Shown piece by piece: positions 9,232 through 19,406 of a stretch of 64,000 nt of DNA; positions within the stretch are counted from its first letter, which is position 1, and each line of letters starts with the position of its first letter. The DNA is taken from the IMG/VR virus record IMGVR_UViG_3300038424_000251, positions 248,001 to 312,000 of that record; one strand, 5' to 3'. A model generated the notes under the pieces. It was given only the letters and a program-made list of their open reading frames with translations, made no database searches and was not told where the DNA came from. Both the position numbers and the translations under genes were made by a program.

Positions 9232-10068
9232 TTACCTTCTTTTTCCTGCTCTTCTTTCATTACAAATTTGGCAAAGGACTGATATTCTATTATTGTAACG
9301 TTTGATTACATACAAGCCATATGTCATACACTTTGGACATTTACCTGCAAGAATCGCTTTACTTCTTTTTGGTTCGTATCTTGTTTCAATGCAATGCTTG
9401 CAAATGAGAGATTTCATTTTATTTGGATATTCATATGCATCATTTTCATCATGAATACATTTACCTCGATTTATATGGTCTTTTCTAATCAATGAGTTTT
9501 TTATTCTATCTTTTATTCGAGTGGTCATTCTTGCTTGAATTGTGCTCATTTGTTTGACTTTATTAAGACTTTTTGCAAAATCTTCTCTGGATATTTCATC
9601 AATAGATTCCATTTTATCCCAATCAATAATATTTTTTGCTGGAATGGATCCAAAATAAATCAATGAATCTTTTACCCTTGAGTCAACTTTGAATTTTTTT
9701 GGGTCTAATCCTTGTGTGCTTATAGTAATGACAATTACATCTTCCCTGCCACCTATACCAAATGGCATAGCTCTCTTACTTTTTCCACTCTTATCTTCGG
9801 GAGGATAATTTCCAGAGGCACCAAAATACTTTGCTGTGGATGGATTTGTTGTAAGATATATACCTTTTTGTGCCCAAGCATAATTTTTATTATGCATTGG
9901 GTCCAACCCATACTTCCAAGCTCGATTAGCTCTACTTTCAATGGTGCCATGATACATTTTTAGTGGTATTCTTGTTGGAGTGGCAGTTTCCTTAATTATG
10001 TGAGATTGACCTATTGCTTTAGCAATTATATACTCTTTAATTAACTTTTTTACTTTAACCGCATTCAT
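9232..10068 (-). CDS. ADP-ribosyltransferase-fold (Tpt1/KptA-like) protein with C-terminal Zn ribbons
   Basis: MYHGT..KYGL..GIYLTT..A..G..VITI..IPAKNI; CKHC, CPKC, CQIC; N-terminal KKLIKE. Confidence 0.65.
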   Translation of the reverse strand: MNAVKVKKLIKEYIIAKAIGQSHIIKETATPTRIPLKMYHGTIESRANRAWKYGLDPMHNKNYAWAQKGIYLTTNPSTAKYFGASGNYPPEDKSGKSKRAMPFGIGGREDVIVITISTQGLDPKKFKVDSRVKDSLIYFGSIPAKNIIDWDKMESIDEISREDFAKSLNKVKQMSTIQARMTTRIKDRIKNSLIRKDHINRGKCIHDENDAYEYPNKMKSLICKHCIETRYEPKRSKAILAGKCPKCMTYGLYVIKRYNNRISVLCQICNERRAGKRR

Positions 10069-10682
10069 GTTTTGATTTCTTCAAATGATTCCACATAATA
10101 AATAGAAACAGAAGTTCCTTTATCTCTCCATACTAACGGGTCAAGACAGGCTTTTTCTGACAACCGATTCAAGAATTCAACTTTATCGGGAAGTTGTTTC
10201 CATACTTGCGGTAAAAATGTAGCATTGTGAGAATCAATTTTTAATATTACGCCATCCTTGTAAGGTTGTAATTTATTTAATAAATCTTCTGGTGAATTGA
10301 AATTTAATGGTTTTGGTTCGGTCAATATGCTGATTTCAATTTTGATTTTATCCAGTTCATTAGATTGGACCGGCAAAAAACGCCAATCACGAATGGCTGC
10401 ATGTTGTGTATTATTTATAACTGATTGATAAAGTGGTTCTCTTGGAATAATATTACCAATACAACCTCTTAAAATGTCATTCTTTGTTAGTGTTACAAAA
10501 CATGCTTTTATATCAGTTAATCTTGGTGGAATATCCTTGAGGTCCATATTTGATATATTGCTATTTATTATATTTATCAATGTCATTCTAGATAAATCCA
10601 GTAAAAATTGCCTTTCTTGTATTGAAAAATTCACCGGTTCATCAATAGAAGGTATGTGGAATTCCTGTTTATTGAAACTCAT
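10065..10682 (-). CDS. AMMECR1-domain protein (AmmeMemoRadiSam protein A-like)
   Basis: CFVTL..LRGCIG..DWRF..EISILT..GVIL..ATFLPQVW..FL..L..KA. Confidence 0.92.
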   Translation of the reverse strand: MSFNKQEFHIPSIDEPVNFSIQERQFLLDLSRMTLINIINSNISNMDLKDIPPRLTDIKACFVTLTKNDILRGCIGNIIPREPLYQSVINNTQHAAIRDWRFLPVQSNELDKIKIEISILTEPKPLNFNSPEDLLNKLQPYKDGVILKIDSHNATFLPQVWKQLPDKVEFLNRLSEKACLDPLVWRDKGTSVSIYYVESFEEIKT

Positions 10683-10739
10683 ATAAGCGTATAAATAGTT
10701 ATGCTTTGGTATAAATTAAACTATATTTATTTAGCATAT

Positions 10740-11435
10740 ATGAACATATACGAACTCAAAATATTGATTAAAGAAGTCATCCGCGAAACAAAAAAAATAT
10801 TAGCTGAAGCGGTAGAAGAGCAAGAAGAACCCAAAGCTCCTGATATAGGCATGAAACATTCTCTAGGTCATGAAAGGGAATATGGAACATTAAGTGACAC
10901 CATTGTTAGATTAAAACTTGGTGGTGTAAATAAAAATGCTATTCATATAATAAAAGATTTTATTGCACAAGCTGCATATGAAGCTAAAATGAATGATTTG
11001 AAAGTTATCAATGCAGATATACAAAAGCAAGGAAAGTCGGTATTAGCTATCGATGAACCAGAATTAAGAAGAATTACACCAACTGAAGCAGATATAGACA
11101 GAGAATTAGCAGCAGAACCAAAAGACCCAGATGAAATGACACCAGAAGAAAGATTAGCACTAATAAAACCGGGTGAAAAAGCAGCTGAATGGAAAGCAAT
11201 GGAAAAGCAGGAAAGAGAAGAAAATAGAAAAAAAGCTGAATTGAAAAAAGCAAAAATAGCTGCAGGAACTTATGACCCCAATGATACAAGTTTGTGGACA
11301 GATAGGGATTGGGATATTTGGAATAGGGAACATCCGGAAGAAACACCATCAGGTAAAGGATACAGGCCAAGCTATAAAAAGAGTAAAACTGGTCAAGTTA
11401 TGCCAAGATTGGGTCTTGGAACATTGAAGCATTAA
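10740..11435 (+). CDS. hypothetical protein, probable virion-internal
   Basis: MNIYELKILIKEVIRE N-terminus; TATTTAT upstream. Confidence 0.75.
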   Translation: MNIYELKILIKEVIRETKKILAEAVEEQEEPKAPDIGMKHSLGHEREYGTLSDTIVRLKLGGVNKNAIHIIKDFIAQAAYEAKMNDLKVINADIQKQGKSVLAIDEPELRRITPTEADIDRELAAEPKDPDEMTPEERLALIKPGEKAAEWKAMEKQEREENRKKAELKKAKIAAGTYDPNDTSLWTDRDWDIWNREHPEETPSGKGYRPSYKKSKTGQVMPRLGLGTLKH

Positions 11436-11493
11436 ATTTTTTAATTAACTATTATTCTTATCTATAAAATTAGAATACTTATAAATAATAAGG

Positions 11494-12312
11494 TTAAGTT
11501 GATTGACTGATATAAGCATTTGAAGACGTAGCTATAATGTTATATAAACTTTCCGTCACCGCTAATGAAGCTGTATAACTACCTGTGGTATAACTATGAG
11601 TAAACGGATTATTGGTTGTATATGCCGAAGAAGTTGCATCACCAAATGTCCAAAGTCCTGATAGAGTTCCAATACTATTATAAGTTACTGACCCCGTAAA
11701 TGAAGCTGTGAATTTATGAGCTGTATTTGCGGAACTGCTAATAACGGTAAAAGCTGCTGTCAATGTTGGTGCGTTCACAGTAATTGTTTTAGAAATTGAT
11801 GAAGATGCACCTGTTGAACTTGTTTCTTGTAATGCTACTGTATAACTTCCTGTTTGTGTATAAGTAACTGCTGGTGGATTTATAGCTGTACTTGTCAATG
11901 AGCCACTGCCTAAATTCCAGTAGAATGTATCATTTTCTGGTGTAAAGGTTAAATTCAAGAAAGTTACTGTTAAAGGACCTACACCAGATGAAGGTGTTGT
12001 AGAGAATGAAGCCGTTTCTGATTGTTCCTCTTGATAGATAAGTACATCGACAGGTACTACGCCACCAGCACCAGAATTTGCGCCAAATTGCCCATCTTGA
12101 ACTTGTTGTGAAGGTGGTTGAGGTACTTGGGAAAGTAATGCTAAATTTTGACTTTGTTTAAGAGCACTCTGTTCTTTAAGCAACATTTGTTCTCTTGCTA
12201 ATTGGTCTATTGCTATTTGGTGATAAAGTGCCTCTTCTTCAGCAATTTCCATCCAGTGTTTCTTTTTGGGTGGTTTCTGATAAGCATTATATGGTTCTAT
12301 CAAATAATTCAT
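11494..12312 (-). CDS. PKD-domain protein
   Basis: GPLTVTFLN..YWNLG, WTFGD..THSYTTGSYTASL; start at 12312 since the upstream extension overlaps tmRNA. Confidence 0.8.
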   Translation of the reverse strand: MNYLIEPYNAYQKPPKKKHWMEIAEEEALYHQIAIDQLAREQMLLKEQSALKQSQNLALLSQVPQPPSQQVQDGQFGANSGAGGVVPVDVLIYQEEQSETASFSTTPSSGVGPLTVTFLNLTFTPENDTFYWNLGSGSLTSTAINPPAVTYTQTGSYTVALQETSSTGASSSISKTITVNAPTLTAAFTVISSSANTAHKFTASFTGSVTYNSIGTLSGLWTFGDATSSAYTTNNPFTHSYTTGSYTASLAVTESLYNIIATSSNAYISQST

Positions 12313-12387
12313 GTTTATAAATATTTTTATTAAATTCAATCGCTTGACATTTTTTGTAAATGTGGTATATTTATTTTTACTTGATGT

Positions 12388-12791
12388 GGGCGTGTAATGG
12401 TATCGATTTATCATAACAGTCATACAGAGCATGTAGAGGATTGGTCATCTGTGGCCTCTTAAAAAACGAAGACTAAACTAAATGCTAATCTAAATCGATT
12501 GGTAAATGCTGACTTTGCTTTTGAGGTTAATACCTTTGAGGAAGTCGCTGTAGCGGCCTAGTTTCCGCTCCGTCATGTTGAGTGATTCTCACTAATTCAA
12601 TAATGGCGTAAAACCGTGAGAAAACTGCTTGTGGTTAAAATTACAGGACTGGTTAGATTGGGCAGTTCTCAATCTAGGTTTGATAATTTTCTCAAATTTT
12701 GATATTAAACCGAAGTTTAAAGTTGATAAACATGTAGTGCTGGATGGGTGTAATGGTAAAAACACGGGTTCAATTCCCGTCACGTCCACCA
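12388..12791 (+). ncRNA. ssrA: tmRNA
   Basis: GGGCGTG/CACGTCC-A-CCA acceptor with G3:U70, T-arm acggg-ttcaatt-cccgt, tag ORF 12484-12561 ANLNRLVNADFAFEVNTFEEVAVAA; promoter TTGACA ~12344. Confidence 0.93.
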
Positions 12792-12837
12792 TTTTTTGTA
12801 CCTTCTTCTATCATTTCTTTCTCTATTTATAATACAC

Positions 12838-13677
12838 ATGGAAGATTATACCAGATTATTATTGGAAGAAACACAAACACAATTAATAGAACTGCACAGT
12901 GTTATTGGTCAGCGGTTGTTGGACGTGCCGAATTATAGCTTTCAAGCGTCGGGGATGAGCCTGCCGGGTGCGGATTATATAATACAAATTGAAGTTGCAG
13001 TTCAATTTGTTTACAAAGCATTGAAAACAGAAGATAGATTGGATATTTTTAAAGCTTTACAAAAAGCTTATGATACCTTGAAACTTAGATTTGGACATGG
13101 GGATGCAGATTATGATTTGTTGGTTGAAAAACTTAAACAAGCTTTGGAGAGATTACAAGAAGAAGTATTTGTAAATAAGTCTGTATTAAAACCACTCATA
13201 AAATTTGTTATTAAAGAGATACAAGAAGAAGTGGAAGAACATTCATCGTTTGTTAATATAAGTGAAGGTCATAAACACTCTCATGAGGTATTAATAGCTA
13301 TGATAAATGATATAAAATTGATGGTAGAGGCATATTTGAAAAAAAATAAATTAGTAGTCAACGGTGCAAGTGATTTATTTTTAAATCATCGTGAATCATT
13401 ACTCCAATTTTTAGATTATTGGGCTCAAAAAATTTATGAAAAAGCGCCTGAAAGAAAAGATGATGTGGAAAGAGTAATGAATGAACTTCGTGGTCATTTT
13501 AAAGAAATTTCTAGGCAAGGAAATAATGCAATTACTAATATTAGAGATTATGAAAATTATATCAATGCTTTAAATGAACTTGAACATTTGAATGAAATTT
13601 TTGATGTAACCAGAGAATCAGTTGATGAATTATTTAAAATAGGTCTTGATTCTGGATTTGGTAAGAAAGAAATATAA
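12838..13677 (+). CDS. hypothetical helical protein
   Basis: TATTTAT upstream; internal LKPLIKFVIKE. Confidence 0.75.
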   Translation: MEDYTRLLLEETQTQLIELHSVIGQRLLDVPNYSFQASGMSLPGADYIIQIEVAVQFVYKALKTEDRLDIFKALQKAYDTLKLRFGHGDADYDLLVEKLKQALERLQEEVFVNKSVLKPLIKFVIKEIQEEVEEHSSFVNISEGHKHSHEVLIAMINDIKLMVEAYLKKNKLVVNGASDLFLNHRESLLQFLDYWAQKIYEKAPERKDDVERVMNELRGHFKEISRQGNNAITNIRDYENYINALNELEHLNEIFDVTRESVDELFKIGLDSGFGKKEI

Positions 13678-13678
13678 T

Positions 13679-14017
13679 ATGAAAAAATTTGAAGTAAAAA
13701 AAATTATAACTGAATCCGTTATTGGATTTTTAAATGGTATTAAACTTGTTGATGATTTTGACATTTCTGATGAAGATAAAAAAAGGATTGAAGAAGTTGT
13801 CAAGAATACTTTGAATAGAAAAGGTTTATTAGCATTTACATATAGAACTGATGCAGAATCAGGAAAAACTTCTGTCGGTGCTAGAATTGACCCTACAGCA
13901 AAAGGTGACTGGGTTCTTTCCAAGGAAGAATTACTTTATGAAATGCCTATCAAATACAATTATAAACTTCATGAATTTGTAAAGAATTTAAGAAAACAAA
14001 TAGAAAATAAAAAATAA
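13679..14017 (+). CDS. hypothetical protein
   Basis: MKKFEVKKIITES N-terminus. Confidence 0.75.
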   Translation: MKKFEVKKIITESVIGFLNGIKLVDDFDISDEDKKRIEEVVKNTLNRKGLLAFTYRTDAESGKTSVGARIDPTAKGDWVLSKEELLYEMPIKYNYKLHEFVKNLRKQIENKK

Positions 14018-14094
14018 ACTTTCTCTTTCGTGTTAATATATATTGTTGGAATTCAAAAGAATTCTACAACAACACACACAGAAAGGTTTACGTT

Positions 14095-14721
14095 ATGAAT
14101 AAAAGCGAATCAAACTACAAGGATTCAGATTCAACTCCCATCATCATTCTAAAAAAAGGTAAAGTAGAACTTAAAATTAAAAATGCAGCTGCAATAATTA
14201 AAAAAATAGATGAATGGTATCCGAGTGATGGCTCGGATAGTGGATGGAATATTAATTGGAATAGAAGAAATAGAGAATTAAGTAATATTGAAAAAGATAA
14301 ACAGATACGTTGGATAGAAGCTGCTAAAAATTGGTTTAAACAAGAAATATTTGGAGGATTGGAAGATTTTGAAGTAATTGTGAATGAAAATACATCCACT
14401 GAATCAAAGAATTGTTTTGGTGGTGTCAATAAAGAATCTTCTGATATAAAAAATGGTACAGAAAAGAATATTCTTACTAATGTATTAACTTCTGAGGAAA
14501 TGGAATATTTACCTACCAATACCAAAAAAATTATACCTTCATCGGAAGTAAAATCAGTTAACAAAAATGCTTATGAAATCCGTGCCGATATTCTTGGACA
14601 ATCATTAGCATGGATTCAATATAAACGAAGTTTTGAAAATATTAATTCTCCTGTTCCCACAGAAGAAGATGTTTTGTTAGTTGCTAATAAATTCTACAAG
14701 TTTGTTGAAAATAAAAAATAA
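14095..14721 (+). CDS. hypothetical protein
   Basis: C-terminal NAYEIRADIL...A.KFY.FVE phage motif. Confidence 0.75.
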   Translation: MNKSESNYKDSDSTPIIILKKGKVELKIKNAAAIIKKIDEWYPSDGSDSGWNINWNRRNRELSNIEKDKQIRWIEAAKNWFKQEIFGGLEDFEVIVNENTSTESKNCFGGVNKESSDIKNGTEKNILTNVLTSEEMEYLPTNTKKIIPSSEVKSVNKNAYEIRADILGQSLAWIQYKRSFENINSPVPTEEDVLLVANKFYKFVENKK

Positions 14722-14916
14722 TCATACGCTTGACTTTTTCTAAACTTGTGGTATCATAAAATGATATGAAAAAAAATGTTCTGAATTGGCCAACATTGGA
14801 AGGTAGGTTAAACAATCCTTTAACAACAGAAAAGGAAGCTTTGTTACAATTACAGAAAACAATGCCTCTGACGAAATATGCTCTTAAGAAATTGGAAAGG
14901 TTGATTAAAAATAACT

Positions 14917-15807
14917 ATGTTAAATCTACCTAGTAAAGTAGAGGGTGCTAACGTTCTGCTGTGTGGTATGGGTGGTGGTTTTGATATTTACGGAACATTA
15001 CCTATTTATTACACGTTAACAAGAATGGGCATGAATTGTTTCTTTCATAGTCATCAATTTTCCCATTTAGTTTCTTCAATAGTTGATGAGAATGAACATG
15101 ATAGTTCATCTTTTTTGCCTGAAATTCCACTTGCCAAATTTATAAAGAAACCTATTTATATTGATGGTAGAGTTGGTCCTTCTATTCTCCGAAAAAGTTA
15201 TGAAAAGATAATTGAAAAACATAATATTGACCATGTTATTATGGTTGATTGTGGTGTGGATTCTTTAATGCATGGTGATGAAGAGTTTAAAGGAACTGTA
15301 GGAGAAGATTTTGTGGCTCTTGCAGCTTTTAAAAACATTCCAATAAAAAAGTGGTTGGTTGTTTTTGGATTTGGTTGTGAAGTTGAAGAACAAATTTCTC
15401 ATTATCATGCGTTGGAAAATATGGCAGAATTGATAAAAGATGATGCATTTCTTGGTTCTTGTTCTCTTACTAAAAATATGTCATCATTTCAATTTTACAA
15501 ATCTGCCTATGAAAACATAGCAAATCTTCCAAATTATAGAAAAAGTCATATTCATCCAAGAATAATACCTTCCATAGAAGGATTGGTTGGAGAAAAATGG
15601 TATCAAAATGAGTCATCTATATATCCTGAAGTTTTAGTATTCTTATCCCCATTAATGGGTATCATGTGGTTTTTTGATGGAGATGTTGTTATTAAAAAGA
15701 ATAATATTATTCCTCTATTGGAGAATCATTTTACTTTTGCGGAGTCAATATCGACTATTGAGGAAATGTCAATTCCTACAAGAATGTCTCAATCAATACC
15801 GTATTAA
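14917..15807 (+). CDS. DUF1152-family protein
   Basis: GMGGGFDIY, VDCGVDSLMHGDE..GTVGED, LSPLMGIMWFFD. Confidence 0.8.
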   Translation: MLNLPSKVEGANVLLCGMGGGFDIYGTLPIYYTLTRMGMNCFFHSHQFSHLVSSIVDENEHDSSSFLPEIPLAKFIKKPIYIDGRVGPSILRKSYEKIIEKHNIDHVIMVDCGVDSLMHGDEEFKGTVGEDFVALAAFKNIPIKKWLVVFGFGCEVEEQISHYHALENMAELIKDDAFLGSCSLTKNMSSFQFYKSAYENIANLPNYRKSHIHPRIIPSIEGLVGEKWYQNESSIYPEVLVFLSPLMGIMWFFDGDVVIKKNNIIPLLENHFTFAESISTIEEMSIPTRMSQSIPY

Positions 15808-15846
15808 ATATGGGAATCAAAATTGTAGCTGGAATATAATGATATT

Positions 15847-17043
15847 ATGAATAATATAGAATTAATGGTAAAATCCCTCAAAGGTTTGTGGGTTGGTGAT
15901 TGTATTGGAAATGTTGGACAGTTTTATTACGCTCAAGACATATTAAAAGCGTTGGATGAAGGAATTGCTAAATTTGGGATAGATAACATAGACCCTATGG
16001 GAAAATCATTCCAATATTCCGATGACACGGAAGAGGCAATCGTTTTGGTAAATCACTTGTTTAACAACAAGAAAATTTTACAAGATAAGTTAGCGATGGA
16101 ATGGGCAACTAGATATTATACCCGTGACCCTGATGGTGAAATTTATGGTTACGGATTGATGACTAGGAAAGTGTTAAAAGATATTTATGAGGGTAAACCT
16201 TGGAGAGAAGCAAATTTAACATTTCAGAGAGGCGAAAGTCCATCAAACATTGATGTGTTAATAGGTGATATTGCGCATGGTAAATCTGTCAAAGATGCTT
16301 TATCGGAATTAAGAAAAGATGGTAGTCAAAAATTTCTTCCACAAAAAGTTGGTTCGTGTGGTAATGGGTCTGCTATGAGAATTCCTCCATTGGGTGCGTA
16401 TTTTTATCTTTCTCCAATTGAAGAAGTTGTTAAACAAGCAACGTTATCAGCAGAACCAACTCATTGTCATCCGGAAGGGATTGCTGGTGCTATTGCTATT
16501 GCATCATTAGCAAAGTGTATTTCGTTGTCTGAATGGGTATATAAATCGGAAAAGGTGTTGAATACAAATTATGTCACAGATATGGATACCAAGAAAATCT
16601 ATGATTACATCTTGGAATTTATTCCTGATAGCCAAGTAAAAAAAGGTATTCTTAAAGCAAAGGAACTTCCATTGGACATACCTTTGATGAAACTGATTGA
16701 AATTTTAGGAAATGGAACATATGTTACTTGTCAAGATACAGTTCCATTATGTGTATTTTTAACAATACAGGCATTATCCTTATATCCATTAGATGAAATG
16801 TATGAAAAGGTTTTAATTGATACTTGTAAATGTTTTGGTGATGTTGATACAAATTGTGCTATTGTTGGTGGTATGATTGGAATTATCAGTTCTCCACCTG
16901 AAAAATGGATAAGATATTGTCAACCAATGGAAGGAGTAATGGGTGACCCGTTGCCTGAAATTACAACACAAAGAAAAAGAACAGAATACAATGTTAATAA
17001 AGATGCTATAAAAGACATACTGAACAATATAAAAGAAAAATAA
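15847..17043 (+). CDS. ADP-ribosylglycohydrolase
   Basis: GDCIG, YSDDTE, SCGNGSAMR, GDVDTNCAIVG. Confidence 0.9.
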   Translation: MNNIELMVKSLKGLWVGDCIGNVGQFYYAQDILKALDEGIAKFGIDNIDPMGKSFQYSDDTEEAIVLVNHLFNNKKILQDKLAMEWATRYYTRDPDGEIYGYGLMTRKVLKDIYEGKPWREANLTFQRGESPSNIDVLIGDIAHGKSVKDALSELRKDGSQKFLPQKVGSCGNGSAMRIPPLGAYFYLSPIEEVVKQATLSAEPTHCHPEGIAGAIAIASLAKCISLSEWVYKSEKVLNTNYVTDMDTKKIYDYILEFIPDSQVKKGILKAKELPLDIPLMKLIEILGNGTYVTCQDTVPLCVFLTIQALSLYPLDEMYEKVLIDTCKCFGDVDTNCAIVGGMIGIISSPPEKWIRYCQPMEGVMGDPLPEITTQRKRTEYNVNKDAIKDILNNIKEK

Positions 17044-17046
17044 TTT

Positions 17047-17895
17047 ATGATTGGAGCAATTATAGGAGATATAGTCGGTTCACCCTACGAAGGTGCTGGT
17101 CTTAATTTTGTAGATGATAGAAATTTTTCTTTGTTTGATGGAAGAAATTCACGTTTTACGGATGATACCGTTCTTACTTGCGCTACTGCTGATGCAATTT
17201 TACAAACATTTACTATTAATGATTCGCCTATAGGTTATCCTCCATTTGCAGAATTATACAAAAAGTGGGCGTCAAAATATCCAAATAAAGGATATGGAAG
17301 TGGATTTTATGAATGGGTTAGTGAAGGCGGAATTACAGTAAAGAATAGTTATGCAAATGGATGTATGATGCGTTGTAGTCCTATTGGTTTATACTATGAC
17401 GATTTTAATATAGCAAAATCTGTAGCATTAGAAAGTATCAGAATGACACATAATTCTCCAGAATCGGCTCGTGGAATTCAATCAATTGTTTCTGCCATTT
17501 ATATGGCATTGCATGGAAAGTCAAAATTACAAATTAAATCATATGTGGAAAAGAGTTTTGGTCATATGTTGAATATGACTGTTGAAGAACTACGATTGTT
17601 ACCAAAAACTACTATCAGATGTGATGTAACCGCTCCTCAAGCATTAATATGCTTTATGGAATCCACGGATTATGAGTCAGCCATTCGTAATGCAGTTTAT
17701 ACCAAGGGTGATACTGATACTATTGCAGCCATTGCAGGTTCCATTGCCGAAGCATTTTATGGTGTTCGTTCTATTCCTCAATCCACAATTGATAAAGCAA
17801 AACAAAGGTTGACGCCTGAAATAATTGAGTTAATAAACAAATTTTATTATACTATTGGAGAATATCATGAATCTTATAAGGATTTTATAATCTGA
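17047..17895 (+). CDS. ADP-ribosylglycohydrolase
   Basis: GAIIGDIVGS, FTDDT, SYANGCMMR, GDTDTIAAIAG. Confidence 0.93.
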   Translation: MIGAIIGDIVGSPYEGAGLNFVDDRNFSLFDGRNSRFTDDTVLTCATADAILQTFTINDSPIGYPPFAELYKKWASKYPNKGYGSGFYEWVSEGGITVKNSYANGCMMRCSPIGLYYDDFNIAKSVALESIRMTHNSPESARGIQSIVSAIYMALHGKSKLQIKSYVEKSFGHMLNMTVEELRLLPKTTIRCDVTAPQALICFMESTDYESAIRNAVYTKGDTDTIAAIAGSIAEAFYGVRSIPQSTIDKAKQRLTPEIIELINKFYYTIGEYHESYKDFII

Positions 17896-18054
17896 AAAGA
17901 AATTCGTTGACTTTTTTGATAGATTTGTTATAGTATAATCTAATGTTAGAAAATAATTATAGAAATTTTATTGATTGAAAATAGCTTTTGAAGAATAGTT
18001 ATTAATCATTAAAACGGTTATAATGAAAATGTAAAAAATAAAAAAGGAAAAATC

Positions 18055-18606
18055 ATGAAATATATTAAAACATTAGTTGGTGCGTTATTTGCTATAGCAT
18101 TATTGTTATCAGTAACCGCAGTTTCTGCTGTTGACTTATCAACCAACGCAGCTGCTGTAGGTCCGTGGACATTTGCTCTAAGCGGTGGTGGTTCATCGGC
18201 AATTAATAACGATAAATTAAATAATTCTACTGTCGGTCTTAATCTTGAACTTGGTCATACTGGTAAGTTGCTTCTCCCTATTGAGGGCGGTATTCGCCAA
18301 GGTATAAGTTATTCAGATGTTACCGATAGTAGTTGGGCATTATCTACAAAAGCATACTTGGATCCAAGATTGTTTAGAATAGGTAATTTGCAATCTGATG
18401 CAGGTGTTAACATTGGTGCTGCTTATGGTGATCAACCGTTAAAATGGACTGCTGCTCCTGAGGCTGACCTTAGATTTTATTTGAAGAAAGATGTCAACCT
18501 TTTTGGTCGTATTGAAGCTCCATTTGACCTTAATGCTGCTAATGATACATTTGGTAGATTTGAAAATAAACTTAGCTATACAATTGGTCTTCAAGTTCTG
18601 TTCTAA
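18055..18606 (+). CDS. outer-membrane beta-barrel protein
   Basis: signal peptide, amphipathic strands, C-terminal YTIGLQVLF. Confidence 0.75.
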   Translation: MKYIKTLVGALFAIALLLSVTAVSAVDLSTNAAAVGPWTFALSGGGSSAINNDKLNNSTVGLNLELGHTGKLLLPIEGGIRQGISYSDVTDSSWALSTKAYLDPRLFRIGNLQSDAGVNIGAAYGDQPLKWTAAPEADLRFYLKKDVNLFGRIEAPFDLNAANDTFGRFENKLSYTIGLQVLF

Positions 18607-18640
18607 GAGTTACTTAAAAACTCAGGTTACAAGTTATAGA

Positions 18641-18677
18641 AAAAATCCGCTGAATTAAAACTCCAGCGGGTTTTTTA
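18641..18677 (+). terminator. intrinsic terminator
   Basis: ccgctg..cagcgg followed by a T tract. Confidence 0.8.
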
Positions 18678-18813
18678 TGCGAAAATAAAAAGGCTTGACA
18701 CTTTCCAAAAGTTTGATATACTTATAACCAGAATGAAGAACATCTTTACATAGATTTCGGAAAATGACAAAATCATTAATTCATTCATTCTATCTTCAAA
18801 TATTCACATTTTC

Positions 18814-18888
18814 GCTTCATTAGTTCAATGGCAAGAACAGGCGCCCCTAAACCGCCTTATAAGGGTTCAAGTCCCTTATGAAGCGCCA
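18814..18888 (+). tRNA. tRNA-like with CUA anticodon (amber suppressor-like)
   Basis: GCTTCAT/ATGAAGC-G-CCA; loop ccCTAaa; C31:C39 mismatch. Confidence 0.65.
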
Positions 18889-18892
18889 TTTT

Positions 18893-18962
18893 GGTCAAGT
18901 AATTTAAAAGCAGAACATCCTTTACGGGAAAGTAGTGCGTTCAAACCCACTCTTGACCACCA
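18893..18962 (+). ncRNA. degenerate tRNA-like RNA, shrunken anticodon arm
   Basis: GGTCAAG/CTTGACC-A-CCA, ttcaaac T loop. Confidence 0.6.
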
Positions 18963-18963
18963 C

Positions 18964-19018
18964 GGGCGGGATGGCGGTTTTGCCGTCTCACAACGTTCAA
19001 GTCGTTGCCCGCCCGCCA
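18964..19018 (+). ncRNA. 55-nt mini-tRNA (acceptor + one hairpin + T arm)
   Basis: GGGCGGG/CCCGCCC-G-CCA; caacg-ttcaagt-cgttg. Confidence 0.7.
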
Positions 19019-19082
19019 TTTACGCAAAATATTAAAGAGGCTTGACGTTTTCCAAAAATCTGATATAGTTATTGCTGATTAT

Positions 19083-19156
19083 GGGCAGTTAGTTTATCGG
19101 CAGAATAATACCTCGACACGGTATAGAGATAAGTTCAATTCTTATATTGCCCACCA
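19083..19156 (+). tRNA. tRNA-Val(GAC)
   Basis: atacc-tcGACac-ggtat; CCA. Confidence 0.85.
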
Positions 19157-19160
19157 ATTT

Positions 19161-19243
19161 AAGATACACACAGCAATAAAAAATTGTCTAGTTGTAGGAA
19201 ACAACATAAAAAGGTCCCTCAGAAAAGAGTAAATCGGTATCTT
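19161..19243 (+). ncRNA. CAGCAA-stem RNA copy 1
   Basis: aagatac..acagcaa...gtatctt. Confidence 0.7.
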
Positions 19244-19248
19244 GAAAT

Positions 19249-19325
19249 CAGAATGTAGCTTAGTTTGGGAAAGCGCAAGCTTCGGGAGCTTGAGAGCGTG
19301 AGTTCGAATCTCACCATTCTGACCA
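19249..19325 (+). tRNA. tRNA-Pro(CGG)
   Basis: caagc-ttCGGga-gcttg; CCA. Confidence 0.92.
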
Positions 19326-19406
19326 ATTTAGTCAAGGCTATCTTCAACAAGATGCCGAAACATCGGAGAGAGGCTTGACAAAAAGTGTGGATATGATAAA
19401 ATGTAT

